Shown in pieces: positions 38,201-50,600 of a stretch of DNA of 64,000 nt. The notes under the pieces were generated by a model. That model saw only the letters and a list, made by a program, of their open reading frames with translations. It made no database searches and was not told where the DNA came from. The DNA is from Eledone cirrhosa. Lineage: Eukaryota. Both the position numbers and the translations under genes were made by a program. The stretch is taken from positions 132,184,001 through 132,248,000 of the forward strand of contig OZ024743.1 in assembly GCA_964016885.1 (NCBI GenBank), given 5' to 3'. Numbering within the stretch: position 1 is the stretch's first letter; every line of letters begins with the position of its first letter.

Positions 38201-41200
38201 CGGTGCTTGGTGCTTGCTGCTTGGTGCTTGGTGTTTGGTGTTTGGTGCTTGGTGCTTGGTGTTTGATGTTGGGTCCTTAGTGCTTGGTGCTTGGTGTTTG
38301 GTGTTTGGTGCGTGCTGCTTGCTGCTTGTTGTTTCGTTCTTTGTGATTGGTGCTTGGTGCTTGGTGTTTGGTGCTTGGTGCTTGGTGTTTGGTGTTTGGT
38401 GTTTGGTGTTTGGTGCTTGGGGCTTGGTGTTTTGTGCTTGGTGCTTGGTGCTTGGTGTTTCGTGTTTGGTGTTTGGTGCTTGCTGTTTGGTGCTTGGTGC
38501 TTGGTTCTGGGTGGTTGGTGTTTGCTGCTTGGTGCTTTGTGTTTGGTGTTTGGTGCTTGGTGCTTGGTGTTTGATGTTGGGTCCTTAGTGCTTGGTGCTT
38601 GGTGTTTGGTGCTTGGTGTTTGGTGTTTGGTGCTTGCTGCTTGCTGCGTGTTGTTTCGTTCTTTGTGATTGGTGCTTGGTGCTTGGTGTTTGGTGCTTGG
38701 TGCTTGGTGTTTGGTGTTTGGTGTTTGGTGCTTGGGGCTTGGTGTTTTGTGCTTGGTGCTTGGTGCTTGGTGTTTGGTGTTTGGTGTTTGGTGCTTGCTG
38801 TTTGGTGCTTGGTGCTTGGTTCTGGGTGGTTGGTGTTTGCTGCTTGGTACTTGGTGTTTGGTGCTTGGTGCTTGGTGCTTGGTCTTTGGTGCTTGGTGTT
38901 TGGTGTTTGGTGCTTGGTGCTTGGTGCTTGGTGTTTGGTGCTTGGTGCTTGGTGCTTGGTGTTTGGTGCTTGGTGCTTGGTGATTAGTGTTTGTTGCTTG
39001 GTGCTTGGGGTTTGGTGGTTGGTGCTTGGTGCTTGGTGTTTGGTGTTTGGTGTTTGGTGTTTGGTGTCTGCTTTTTGGTGTTTGGTGTTTGCTGTATGGT
39101 GTTTGCTGTTTCGTATTTGGTTTTTGCTGATTGGTGTTTGGTGTTTGCTGTTTGGTGTTTGGTGTTTGGTGTTCGGTGCTTGGTGCTTGGTGTTTGGTGC
39201 TTGGTGCTTGGTTTTTGGTGTTTGGTGCTTGGTACCTGGTGCTTGTTGTTTGGTGTTTGGTGCTTGGTGCTTGGTGCTTGGTGTTTGGTGCTTGGTGTCT
39301 GGTGTTTGGTGCTTGGTGCTTGGTGCTTGGTGTTTGGTGTTTGGTGCTTGGTGCTTGGTGTTTGGTGTTTGGTGCTGGGTGCTTGGAGTTTGGTGCTTGG
39401 TGCTTGGTGCTTAGTGCTTGGTGTTTGGTGTTTGGTGCTTGGTGTTTGGTGTTTGGTGTTTGATGCTTGGTGTGTGCTGCTTGGTGCCTGGTGCTTGGTG
39501 TTTTGTGTTTGGTGCTTGGTGCTTGGTGCCTGGTTCTTGGTGCTTGGTGCTTGTTGTTTGGTGCTTGGTGCTTGGTGATTAGTGTTTGGTGCTTGGTGCT
39601 TGGTGTTTGCTGTTTGGTGCTTGGTGCTTGGTGTTTGGTGCTTGGTGCTTGGTGTTTGGTGTTTGGTGTTTGGTGCTTGGTGTCTGGTGTTTGGTGTTTG
39701 GTGTTTGGTGCTTGGTGATTGGTGCTTGGTGTTTTGTGCTTTTTGCTTGGTGTTTGGTGTTTGGTGCTAGGGTCTTGGTGCTTGGTGCTTGGTGTTTGGT
39801 GCTTGGTGCTTGGTGTTTGGTGTTTGGTGCTTGGTGCGTGGGGCTTGGTGTTTGGTGCTTGGTGTTTGGTGCTTGGTGTTTGGTGCTTGCTGTTTGGGGC
39901 TTGGTGCTTGGTGTTTGGTGTTTGGTGTTTGGTGCTTGGTGCTTGGTGTTTGGTGCTTGGTGCTTGGTGCTTGGTGCTTGGTGCTTGGTCTTTGGTGCTT
40001 GGTGCTTGGTGATTAGTGTTTGGTGATTGGTGCTTGGGGTTTGGTGTTTGGTGCTTGGTGTTTGGTGTTTGGTGTTTGATGCTTGGTGTGTGCTGCTTGG
40101 TGCTTGGTGCTTGGTGTTTTGTGTTTGGTGCTTGGTGCTTGGTGCCTGGTTCTTGGTGCTTGGTGCTTGTTGTTTGGTGCTTGGTGCTTGGTGATTAGTG
40201 TTTGGTGCTTGGTGCTTGGGGTTTGCTGTTTGGTGCTTGGTGTTTGGTGTTTGGTGCTTGGTGCTTGGTGTTTGGTGTTTGGCGTTTGGTGCTTGGTGTC
40301 TGGTGTTTGGTGTTTGGTGTTTGGTGCTTGGTGCTTGGTGATTAGTGTTTGGTGATTGGTGCTTGGGGTTTGGTGTTTGGTACTTGGTGTTTGGTGCTTG
40401 GTGCTTGCTGTTTGGTGTTTGGTGTTTGGTTCTTGGTGCTTGGTGTTTGGTGTTTGGTGCTAGGGTCTTGGTGCTTGGTGCTTGGTGTTTGGTGCTTGGT
40501 GCTTGGTGTTTGGTGTTTGGTGCTTGGTGCGTGGGACTTGGTGTTTGGTGCTTGGTGTTTGGTGCTTGGTGTTTGGTGCTTGCTGTTTGGTGCTTGGTGC
40601 TTGGTGTTTGGTGTTTGGTGTTTGGTGCTTGGTGCTTGGTGTTTGGTGCTTGGTGCTTGGTGCTTGGTGCTTGGTCTTTGGTGCTTGGTGCTTGGTGATT
40701 AGTGTTTGGTGATTGGTGCTTGGGGTTTGGTGTTTGGTACTTGGTGTTTGGTGCTTGGTGCTTGCTGTTTGGTGTTTGGTGTTTGGTTCTTGGTGCTTGG
40801 TGTTTGGTGTTTGGTGTTTGGTGCTTGGTGCTTGGTGCTTGGTGTTTGGTGCTTGGTGGTTGGTGCTTGGTGTTTGGTGCTGCGTGCTTGGTGTTTGGTG
40901 TTTGGTGTTTGGTGCTTGGTGCTTGGTGCTTGGTGTTTGGTGCTTGGTGTCTGGTGTTTGGTGCTTGGTGCTTGGTGCTTGGTGTTTGGTGTTTGGTGCT
41001 TGGTGCTTGGTGTTTGGTGTTTGGTGCTGGGTGCTTGGAGTTTGGTGCTTGGTGCTTGGTGCTTAGTGCTTGGTGTTTGGTGTTTGGTGCTTGGTGTTTG
41101 GTGTTTGGTGTTTGATGCTTGGTGTGTGCTGCTTGGTGCTTGGTGCTTGGTGTTTTGTGTTTGGTGCTTGGTGCTTGGTGCCTGGTTCTTGGTGCTTGGT

Positions 41201-44070
41201 GCTTGTTGTTTGGTGCTTGGTGCTTGGTGATTAGTGTTTGGTGCTTGGTGCTTGGGGTTTGCTGTTTGGTGCTTGGTGCTTGGTGTTTGGTGCTTGGTGC
41301 TTGGTGTTTGGTGTTTGGTGTTTGGTGCTTGGTGTCTGGTGTTTGGTGTTTGGTGTTTGGTGCTTGGTGATTGGTGCTTGGTGTTTTGTGCTTTTTGCTT
41401 GGTGTTTGGTGTTTGGTGCTAGGGTCTTGGTGCTTGGTGCTTGGTGTTTGGTGCTTGGTGCTTGGTGTTTGGTGTTTGGTGCTTGGTGCGTGGGGCTTGG
41501 TGTTTGGTGCTTGGTGTTTGGTGCTTGCTGTTTGGTGCCTGGTGCTTGGTGTTTGGTGTTTGGTGTTTGGTGCTTGGTGCTTGGTGTTTGGTGCTTGGTG
41601 CTTGGTGCTTGGTGCTTGGTGCTTGGTCTTTGGTGCTTGGTGCTTGGTGATTAGTGTTTGGTGATTGGTGCTTGGGGTTTGGTGTTTGGTGCTTGGTGTT
41701 TGGTGTTTGGTGTTTGATGCTTGGTGTGTGCTGCTTGGTGCTTGGTGCTTGGTGTTTTGTGTTTGGTGCTTGGTGCTTGGTGCCTGGTTCTTGGTGCTTG
41801 GTGCTTGTTGTTTGGTGCTTGGTGCTTGGTGATTAGTGTTTGGTGCTTGGTGCTTGGGGTTTGCTGTTTGGTGCTTGGTGTTTGGTGTTTGGTGCTTGGT
41901 GCTTGGTGTTTGGTGTTTGGTGTTTGGTGCTTGGTGTCTGGTGTTTGGTGTTTGGTGTTTGGTGCTTGGTGCTTGGTGATTAGTGTTTGGTGATTGGTGC
42001 TTGGGGTTTGGTGTTTGGTACTTGGTGTTTGGTGCTTGGTGCTTGCTGTTTGGTGTTTGGTGTTTGGTTCTTGGTGCTTGGTGTTTGGTGTTTGGTGCTA
42101 GGGTCTTGGTGCTTGGTGCTTGGTGTTTGGTGCTTGGTGCTTGGTGTTTGGTGTTTGGTGCTTGGTGCGTGGGGCTTGGTGTTTGGTGCTTGGTGTTTGG
42201 TGCTTGGTGTTTGGTGCTTGCTGTTTGGTGCTTGGTGCTTGGTGTTTGGTGTTTGGTGTTTGGTGCTTGGTGCTTGGTGTTTGGTGCTTGGTGCTTGGTG
42301 CTTGGTGCTTGGTCTTTGGTGCTTGGTGCTTGGTGATTAGTGTTTGGTGATTGGTGCTTGGGGTTTGGTGTTTGGTACTTGGTGTTTGGTGCTTGGTGCT
42401 TGCTGTTTGGTGTTTGGTGTTTGGTTCTTGGTGCTTGGTGTTTGGTGTTTGGTGTTTGGTGCTTGGTGCTTGGTGCTTGGTGTTTGGTGCTTGGTGCTTG
42501 GTGCTTGGTGTTTGGTGCTGCGTGCTTGGTGTTTGGTGTTTGGTGTTTGGTGCTTGGTGCTTGGTGTTTGGTGTTTGTTGCTTGGTGCTTGGTATCTTGT
42601 GTTTGGTGCTTGGTGTTTGGTGTTTGGTGCTTGGTGCTTGGTGTTTGGTGTTTGGTGCTTGGTGCTTGGTGCCTGGTGTTTCGTGCTTGGTGCTTGGTGC
42701 TTGGTGTTTGGTGTTTGGTGCTTGGTGGTTGGTGTTTGGTACTTGGTGCTTGGTGCTTGGTGCTTGGTGTTTGATGCTTGGTGCTTGGTGCTTGGTGTTT
42801 GATGCTGCGTGCCTGGTGTTTGGTGTTTGGTGCTTGGTGCTTGGTGTTTGTTGTTTCGTGCTTGGTGCCTGGTGCTTGTTGTTTGGTGTTTGCTGCTTGG
42901 TGTTTGGTGTTTGGTGCTTGGTGCTTGGTATCTGGTGTTTGGTGCTTGGTGTTTGGTGTTTGGTGCTTGGTGCTTGGTGCTTGGTGTTTGGTGTTTGGTG
43001 CTTGGTGCTTGGTGTTTGGTGCTTGGTGTTTGGTGTTTGGTGTTTGATGCTTGGTGTTTGCTGCTTGGTGCTTTGTGCTTGGTGTTTTGTGTTTGGTGCT
43101 GGGTGCTTGGTGCCTGGTGCTTGGTGCTTGGTGGTTGTTGTTTGGTGCTTGGTGCTTGGTGATTAGTGTTTGGTGCTTTGTGCTTGCGGTTTGGTGTTTT
43201 GTGCTTGGGGTTTGGTGTTTGGTGCTTGGTGCTTGGTGTTTGGTGCTTGGTGCTTGGTGCTTGGTGCTTGGTGTTAGGTGTTTGGTGCTTGGTGCTTGGT
43301 GTTTGATGTTTGGTGCTTGGTGCTTGGTGTTTGGTGATTGGTGCTTGGTGCTTGGTGTTTGATGTTTGGTCCTTGGTGCTTGTTGTTTGGTGTTTGGTGT
43401 TTGGTGCTTGGTGTTTGGTGTTTGGTGCTTGCTGCTTGGTGCTTGGTGTTTTGTGTTTGGAGTTTGGTGCTTGGTGTTTGGTGCTTCGGTCTTGGTGTTT
43501 GGTGCTTATTGTTTGGTGCTTGGTGCTTGGTGCTTGGTGCTTGGTGTTAGGTGTTTGGTGCTTGGTGCTTGGTGTTTGATGTTTGGTGCTTGGTGTTTGG
43601 TGCTTGGTGCTTGGTTTTGGTGTTTGGTGCTTGCTGCTTGCTGCTTGGTGTTTGGTGCTTGGTGATTGGTGCTTGGTGTTTTGTGCTTGGTGCTTGGTGT
43701 TTGGTGTTTGTTGCTAGGGGCTTCGTGCTTGGTGCTTGATGTTTGGTACTTGGTGCTTGCTGTTTGGTGTTTGGTGCTTGGTGCGTGGGACTTAGTGTTT
43801 GGTGTTTGGTGCTTGGTGTTTGGTGCTTGGTGTTTGGGGCTTGGTGTTCGGTGCTTGGTGCTTGCTGCTTGGTGCTTGGTGTTTGGTGTTTGGTGCTTGG
43901 TGCTTGGTGTTTGATGTTGGGTCCTTAGTGCTTGGTGCTTGGTGTTTGGTGTTTGGTGCGTGCTGCTTGCTGCTTGTTGTTTCGTTCTTTGTGATTGGTG
44001 CTTGGTGCTTGGTGTTTGGTGCTTGGTGCTTGGTGTTTGGTGTTTGGTGTTTGGTGCTTGGGGCTTGGTG
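29580..44070 (+). repeat. Higher-order repeat, unit 5662 bp, ~2.5 copies
   Basis: Constant ORF offset of 5662 (30344/36006, 31030/36692, 32000/37662, 33805/39467, 35457/41119). The offset drops to 5648 after a 14-bp deletion near 41520 (36006/41654, 37662/43310). Only a few SNPs seen (~32259, ~39130, ~39488). Confidence 0.93.
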
Positions 44071-47000
44071 TTTGGTGTTTGGTGTTTGGTGCTTGGTGCT
44101 TGGTGTTTGGTGCTTGGTGCTTGGTGCTTGGTGCTTGGTCTTTGGTGCTTGGTGCTTGGTGATTAGTGTTTGGTGATTGGTGCTTGGGGTTTGGTGTTTG
44201 GTACTTGGTGTTTGGTGCTTGGTGCTTGCTGTTTGGTGTTTGGTGTTTGGTTCTTGGTGCTTGGTGTTTGGTGTTTGGTGTTTGGTGCTTGGTGCTTGGT
44301 GCTTGGTGTTTGGTGCTTGGTGGTTGGTGCTTGGTGTTTGGTGCTGCGTGCTTGGTGTTTGGTGTTTGGTGTTTGGTGCTTGGTGCTTGGTGCTTGGTGT
44401 TTGGTGCTTGGTGTCTGGTGTTTGGTGCTTGGTGCTTGGTGCTTGGTGTTTGGTGTTTGGTGCTTGGTGCTTGGTGTTTGGTGTTTGGTGCTGGGTGCTT
44501 GGAGTTTGGTGCTTGGTGCTTGGTGCTTAGTGCTTGGTGTTTGGTGTTTGGTGCTTGGTGTTTGGTGTTTGGTGTTTGATGCTTGGTGTGTGCTGCTTGG
44601 TGCTTGGTGCTTGGTGTTTTGTGTTTGGTGCTTGGTGCTTGGTGCCTGGTTCTTGGTGCTTGGTGCTTGTTGTTTGGTGCTTGGTGCTTGGTGATTAGTG
44701 TTTGGTGCTTGGTGCTTGGGGTTTGCTGTTTGGTGCTTGGTGCTTGGTGTTTGGTGCTTGGTGCTTGGTGTTTGGTGTTTGGTGTTTGGTGCTTGGTGTC
44801 TGGTGTTTGGTGTTTGGTGTTTGGTGCTTGGTGATTGGTGCTTGGTGTTTTGTGCTTTTTGCTTGGTGTTTGGTGTTTGGTGCTAGGGTCTTGGTGCTTG
44901 GTGCTTGGTGTTTGGTGCTTGGTGCTTGGTGTTTGGTGTTTGGTGCTTGGTGCGTGGGGCTTGGTGTTTGGTGCTTGGTGTTTGGTGCTTGGTGTTTGGT
45001 GCTTGCTGTTTGGTGCCTGGTGCTTGGTGTTTGGTGTTTGGTGTTTGGTGCTTGGTGCTTGGTGTTTGGTGCTTGGTGCTTGGTGCTTGGTGCTTGGTGC
45101 TTGGTCTTTGGTGCTTGGTGCTTGGTGATTAGTGTTTGGTGATTGGTGCTTGGGGTTTGGTGTTTGGTGCTTGGTGTTTGGTGTTTGGTGTTTGATGCTT
45201 GGTGTGTGCTGCTTGGTGCTTGGTGCTTGGTGTTTTGTGTTTGGTGCTTGGTGCTTGGTGCCTGGTTCTTGGTGCTTGGTGCTTGTTGTTTGGTGCTTGG
45301 TGCTTGGTGATTAGTGTTTGGTGCTTGGTGCTTGGGGTTTGCTGTTTGGTGCTTGGTGTTTGGTGTTTGGTGCTTGGTGCTTGGTGTTTGGTGTTTGGTG
45401 TTTGGTGCTTGGTGTCTGGTGTTTGGTGTTTGGTGTTTGGTGCTTGGTGCTTGGTGATTAGTGTTTGGTGATTGGTGCTTGGGGTTTGGTGTTTGGTACT
45501 TGGTGTTTGGTGCTTGGTGCTTGCTGTTTGGTGTTTGGTGTTTGGTTCTTGGTGCTTGGTGTTTGGTGTTTGGTGCTAGGGTCTTGGTGCTTGGTGCTTG
45601 GTGTTTGGTGCTTGGTGCTTGGTGTTTGGTGTTTGGTGCTTGGTGCGTGGGGCTTGGTGTTTGGTGCTTGGTGTTTGGTGCTTGGTGTTTGGTGCTTGCT
45701 GTTTGGTGCTTGGTGCTTGGTGTTTGGTGTTTGGTGTTTGGTGCTTGGTGCTTGGTGTTTGGTGCTTGGTGCTTGGTGCTTGGTGCTTGGTCTTTGGTGC
45801 TTGGTGCTTGGTGATTAGTGTTTGGTGATTGGTGCTTGGGGTTTGGTGTTTGGTACTTGGTGTTTGGTGCTTGGTGCTTGCTGTTTGGTGTTTGGTGTTT
45901 GGTTCTTGGTGCTTGGTGTTTGGTGTTTGGTGTTTGGTGCTTGGTGCTTGGTGCTTGGTGTTTGGTGCTTGGTGCTTGGTGCTTGGTGTTTGGTGCTGCG
46001 TGCTTGGTGTTTGGTGTTTGGTGTTTGGTGCTTGGTGCTTGGTGTTTGGTGTTTGTTGCTTGGTGCTTGGTATCTTGTGTTTGGTGCTTGGTGTTTGGTG
46101 TTTGGTGCTTGGTGCTTGGTGTTTGGTGTTTGGTGCTTGGTGCTTGGTGCCTGGTGTTTCGTGCTTGGTGCTTGGTGCTTGGTGTTTGGTGTTTGGTGCT
46201 TGGTGGTTGGTGTTTGGTACTTGGTGCTTGGTGCTTGGTGCTTGGTGTTTGATGCTTGGTGCTTGGTGCTTGGTGTTTGATGCTGCGTGCCTGGTGTTTG
46301 GTGTTTGGTGCTTGGTGCTTGGTGTTTGTTGTTTCGTGCTTGGTGCCTGGTGCTTGTTGTTTGGTGTTTGCTGCTTGGTGTTTGGTGTTTGGTGCTTGGT
46401 GCTTGGTATCTGGTGTTTGGTGCTTGGTGTTTGGTGTTTGGTGCTTGGTGCTTGGTGCTTGGTGTTTGGTGTTTGGTGCTTGGTGCTTGGTGTTTGGTGC
46501 TTGGTGTTTGGTGTTTGGTGTTTGATGCTTGGTGTTTGCTGCTTGGTGCTTTGTGCTTGGTGTTTTGTGTTTGGTGCTGGGTGCTTGGTGCCTGGTGCTT
46601 GGTGCTTGGTGGTTGTTGTTTGGTGCTTGGTGCTTGGTGATTAGTGTTTGGTGCTTTGTGCTTGCGGTTTGGTGTTTTGTGCTTGGGGTTTGGTGTTTGG
46701 TGCTTGGTGCTTGGTGTTTGATGTTTGGTGCTTGGTGCTTGGTGTTTGGTGATTGGTGCTTGGTGCTTGGTGTTTGATGTTTGGTCCTTGGTGCTTGTTG
46801 TTTGGTGTTTGGTGTTTGGTGCTTGGTGTTTGGTGTTTGGTGCTTGCTGCTTGGTGCTTGGTGTTTTGTGTTTGGAGTTTGGTGCTTGGTGTTTGGTGCT
46901 TCGGTCTTGGTGTTTGGTGCTTATTGTTTGGTGCTTGGTGCTTGGTGCTTGGTGCTTGGTGTTAGGTGTTTGGTGCTTGGTGCTTGGTGTTTGATGTTTG

Positions 47001-47600
47001 GTGCTTGGTGTTTGGTGCTTGGTGCTTGGTTTTGGTGTTTGGTGCTTGCTGCTTGCTGCTTGGTGTTTGGTGCTTGGTGATTGGTGCTTGGTGTTTTGTG
47101 CTTGGTGCTTGGTGTTTGGTGTTTGTTGCTAGGGGCTTCGTGCTTGGTGCTTGATGTTTGGTACTTGGTGCTTGCTGTTTGGTGTTTGGTGCTTGGTGCG
47201 TGGGACTTAGTGTTTGGTGTTTGGTGCTTGGTGTTTGGTGCTTGGTGTTTGGGGCTTGGTGTTCGGTGCTTGGTGCTTGCTGCTTGGTGCTTGGTGTTTG
47301 GTGTTTGGTGCTTGGTGCTTGGTGTTTGATGTTGGGTCCTTAGTGCTTGGTGCTTGGTGTTTGGTGTTTGGTGCGTGCTGCTTGCTGCTTGTTGTTTCGT
47401 TCTTTGTGATTGGTGCTTGGTGCTTGGTGTTTGGTGCTTGGTGCTTGGTGTTTGGTGTTTGGTGTTTGGTGCTTGGGGCTTGGTGTTTTGTGCTTGGTGC
47501 TTGGTGCTTGGTGTTTCGTGTTTGGTGTTTGGTGCTTGCTGTTTGGTGCTTGGTGCTTGGTTCTGGGTGGTTGGTGTTTGCTGCTTGGTGCTTGGTGTTT
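40605..47600 (+). repeat. Tandem duplication with ~3.46-3.48 kb period, junction near 44070
   Basis: ORF offsets of 3464 (40702/44166, 41119/44583), 3478 (41654/45132, 43051/46529) and 3415 after a 63-bp deletion near 46700. Shared private variant TTGTTGTTTCG at ~42848 and ~46326. Confidence 0.85.
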
Positions 47601-50600
47601 GGTGTTTGGTGCTTGGTGCTTGGTGCCTGGTGTTTCGTGCTTGGTGCTTGGTGCTTGGTGTTTTGTGCTTGGTGCTTGGTGTTTGGTGTTTGTTGCTAGG
47701 GGCTTCGTGCTTGGTGCTTGATGTTTGGTACTTGGTGCTTGCTGTTTGGTGTTTGGTGCTTGGTGCGTGGGACTTAGTGTTTGGTGTTTGGGGCTTGGTG
47801 TTTGGTGCTTGGTGTTTGGGGCTTGGTGTTCGGTGCTTGGTGCTTGCTGCTTGGTGCTTTGTGTTTGGTGTTTGGTGCTTGGTGCTTGGTGTTTGATGTT
47901 GGGTCCTTAGTGCTTGGTGCTTGGTGTTTGGTGCTTGGTGTTTGGTGTTTGGTGCTTGCTGCTTGCTGCGTGTTGTTTCGTTCTTTGTGATTGGTGCTTG
48001 GTGCTTGGTGTTTGGTGCTTGGTGCTTGGTGTTTGGTGTTTGGTGTTTGGTGCTTGGGGCTTGGTGTTTTGTGCTTGGTGCTTGGTGCTTGGTGTTTGGT
48101 GTTTGGTGTTTGGTGCTTGCTGTTTGGTGCTTGGTGCTTGGTTCTGGGTGGTTGGTGTTTGCTGCTTGGTACTTGGTGTTTGGTGCTTGGTGCTTGGTGC
48201 TTGGTCTTTGGTGCTTGGTGTTTGGTGTTTGGTGCTTGGTGCTTGGTGCTTGGTGTTTGGTGCTTGGTGCTTGGTGCTTGGTGTTTGGTGCTTGGTGCTT
48301 GGTGATTAGTGTTTGTTGCTTGGTGCTTGGGGTTTGGTGGTTGGTGCTTGGTGCTTGGTGTTTGGTGTTTGGTGTTTGGTGTTTGGTGTCTGCTTTTTGG
48401 TGTTTGGTGTTTGCTGTATGGTGTTTGCTGTTTCGTATTTGGTTTTTGCTGTTTGGTGTTTGGTGTTTGCTGTTTGGTGTTTGGTGTTTGGTGTTCGGTG
48501 CTTGGTGCTTGGTGTTTGGTGCTTGGTGCTTGGTTTTTGGTGTTTGGTGCTTGGTACCTGGTGCTTGTTGTTTGGTGTTTGGTGCTTGGTGCTTGGTGCT
48601 TGGTGTTTGGTGCTTGGTGTCTGGTGTTTGGTGCTTGGTGCTTGGTGCTTGGTGTTTGGTGTTTGGTGCTTGGTGCTTGGAGTTTGGTGCTTGGTGCTTG
48701 GTGCTTAGTGCTTGGTGTTTGGTGTTTGGTGCTTGGTGTTTGGTGTTTGGTGTTTGATGCTTGGTGTGTGCTGCTTGGTGCTTGGTGCTTGGTGTTTTGT
48801 GTTTGGTGCTTGGTGCTTGGTGCCTGGTTCTTGGTGCTTGGTGCTTGTTGTTTGGTGCTTGGTGCTTGGTGATTAGTGTTTGGTGCTTGGTACTTGGTGT
48901 TTGCTGTTTGGTGCTTGGTGCTTGGTGTTTGGTGCTTGGTGCTTGGTGTTTGGTGTTTGGTGTTTGGTGCTTGGTGTCTGGTGTTTGGTGTTTGGTGTTT
49001 GGTGCTTGGTGATTGGTGCTTGGTGTTTTGTGCTTTTTGCTTGGTGTTTGGTGTTTGGTGCTAGGGTCTTGGTGCTTGGTGCTTGGTGTTTGGTGCTTGG
49101 TGCTTGGTGTTTGGTGTTTGGTGCTTGGTGCGTGGGGCTTGGTGTTTGGTGCTTGGTGTTTGGTGCTTGGTGTTTGGTGCTTGCTGTTTGGGGCTTGGTG
49201 CTTGGTGTTTGGTGTTTGGTGTTTGGTGCTTGGTGCTTGGTGTTTGGTGCTTGGTGCTTGGTGCTTGGTGCTTGGTGCTTGGTCTTTGGTGCTTGGTGCT
49301 TGGTGATTAGTGTTTGGTGATTGGTGCTTGGGGTTTGGTGTTTGGTGCTTGGTGTTTGGTGTTTGGTGTTTGATGCTTGGTGTGTGCTGCTTGGTGCTTG
49401 GTGCTTGGTGTTTTGTGTTTGGTGCTTGGTGCTTGGTGCCTGGTTCTTGGTGCTTGGTGCTTGTTGTTTGGTGCTTGGTGCTTGGTGATTAGTGTTTGGT
49501 GCTTGGTGCTTGGGGTTTGCTGTTTGGTGCTTGGTGTTTGGTGTTTGGTGCTTGGTGCTTGGTGTTTGGTGTTTGGCGTTTGGTGCTTGGTGTCTGGTGT
49601 TTGGTGTTTGGTGATTGGTGCTTGGGGTTTGGTGTTTGGTACTTGGTGTTTGGTGCTTGGTGCTTGCTGTTTGGTGTTTGGTGTTTGGTTCTTGGTGCTT
49701 GGTGTTTGGTGTTTGGTGCTAGGGTCTTGGTGCTTGGTGCTTGGTGTTTGGTGCTTGGTGCTTGGTGTTTGGTGTTTGGTGCTTGGTGCGTGGGACTTGG
49801 TGTTTGGTGCTTGGTGTTTGGTGCTTGGTGTTTGGTGCTTGCTGTTTGGTGCTTGGTGCTTGGTGTTTGGTGTTTGGTGTTTGGTGCTTGGTGCTTGGTG
49901 TTTGGTGCTTGGTGCTTGGTGCTTGGTGCTTGGTCTTTGGTGCTTGGTGCTTGGTGATTAGTGTTTGGTGATTGGTGCTTGGGGTTTGGTGTTTGGTACT
50001 TGGTGTTTGGTGCTTGGTGCTTGCTGTTTGGTGTTTGGTGTTTGGTTCTTGGTGCTTGGTGTTTGGTGTTTGGTGTTTGGTGCTTGGTGCTTGGTGCTTG
50101 GTGTTTGGTGCTTGGTGGTTGGTGCTTGGTGTTTGGTGCTGCGTGCTTGGTGTTTGGTGTTTGGTGTTTGGTGCTTGGTGCTTGGTGTTTGGTGTTTGTT
50201 GCTTGGTGCTTGGTATCTTGTGTTTGGTGCTTGGTGTTTGGTGTTTGGTGCTTGGTGCTTGTTGTTTGGTGTTTGGTGCTTGGTGCTTGGTGCCTGGTGT
50301 TTCGTGCTTGGTGCTTGGTGCTTGGTGTTTGGTGTTTGGTGCTTGGTGGTTGGTGTTTGGTACTTGGTGCTTGGTGCTTGGTGCTTGGTGTTTGATGCTT
50401 GGTGCTTGGTGCTTGGTGTTTGATGCTGCATGCCTGGTGTTTGGTGTTTGGTGCTTGGTGCTTGGTGTTTGGTGTTTCGTGCTTGGTGCCTGGTGCTTGT
50501 TGTTTGGTGTTTGCTGCTTGGTGTTTGGTGTTTGGTGCTTGGTGCTTGGTATCTGGTGTTTGGTGCTTGGTGTTTGGTGTTTGGTGCTTGGTGCTTGGTG

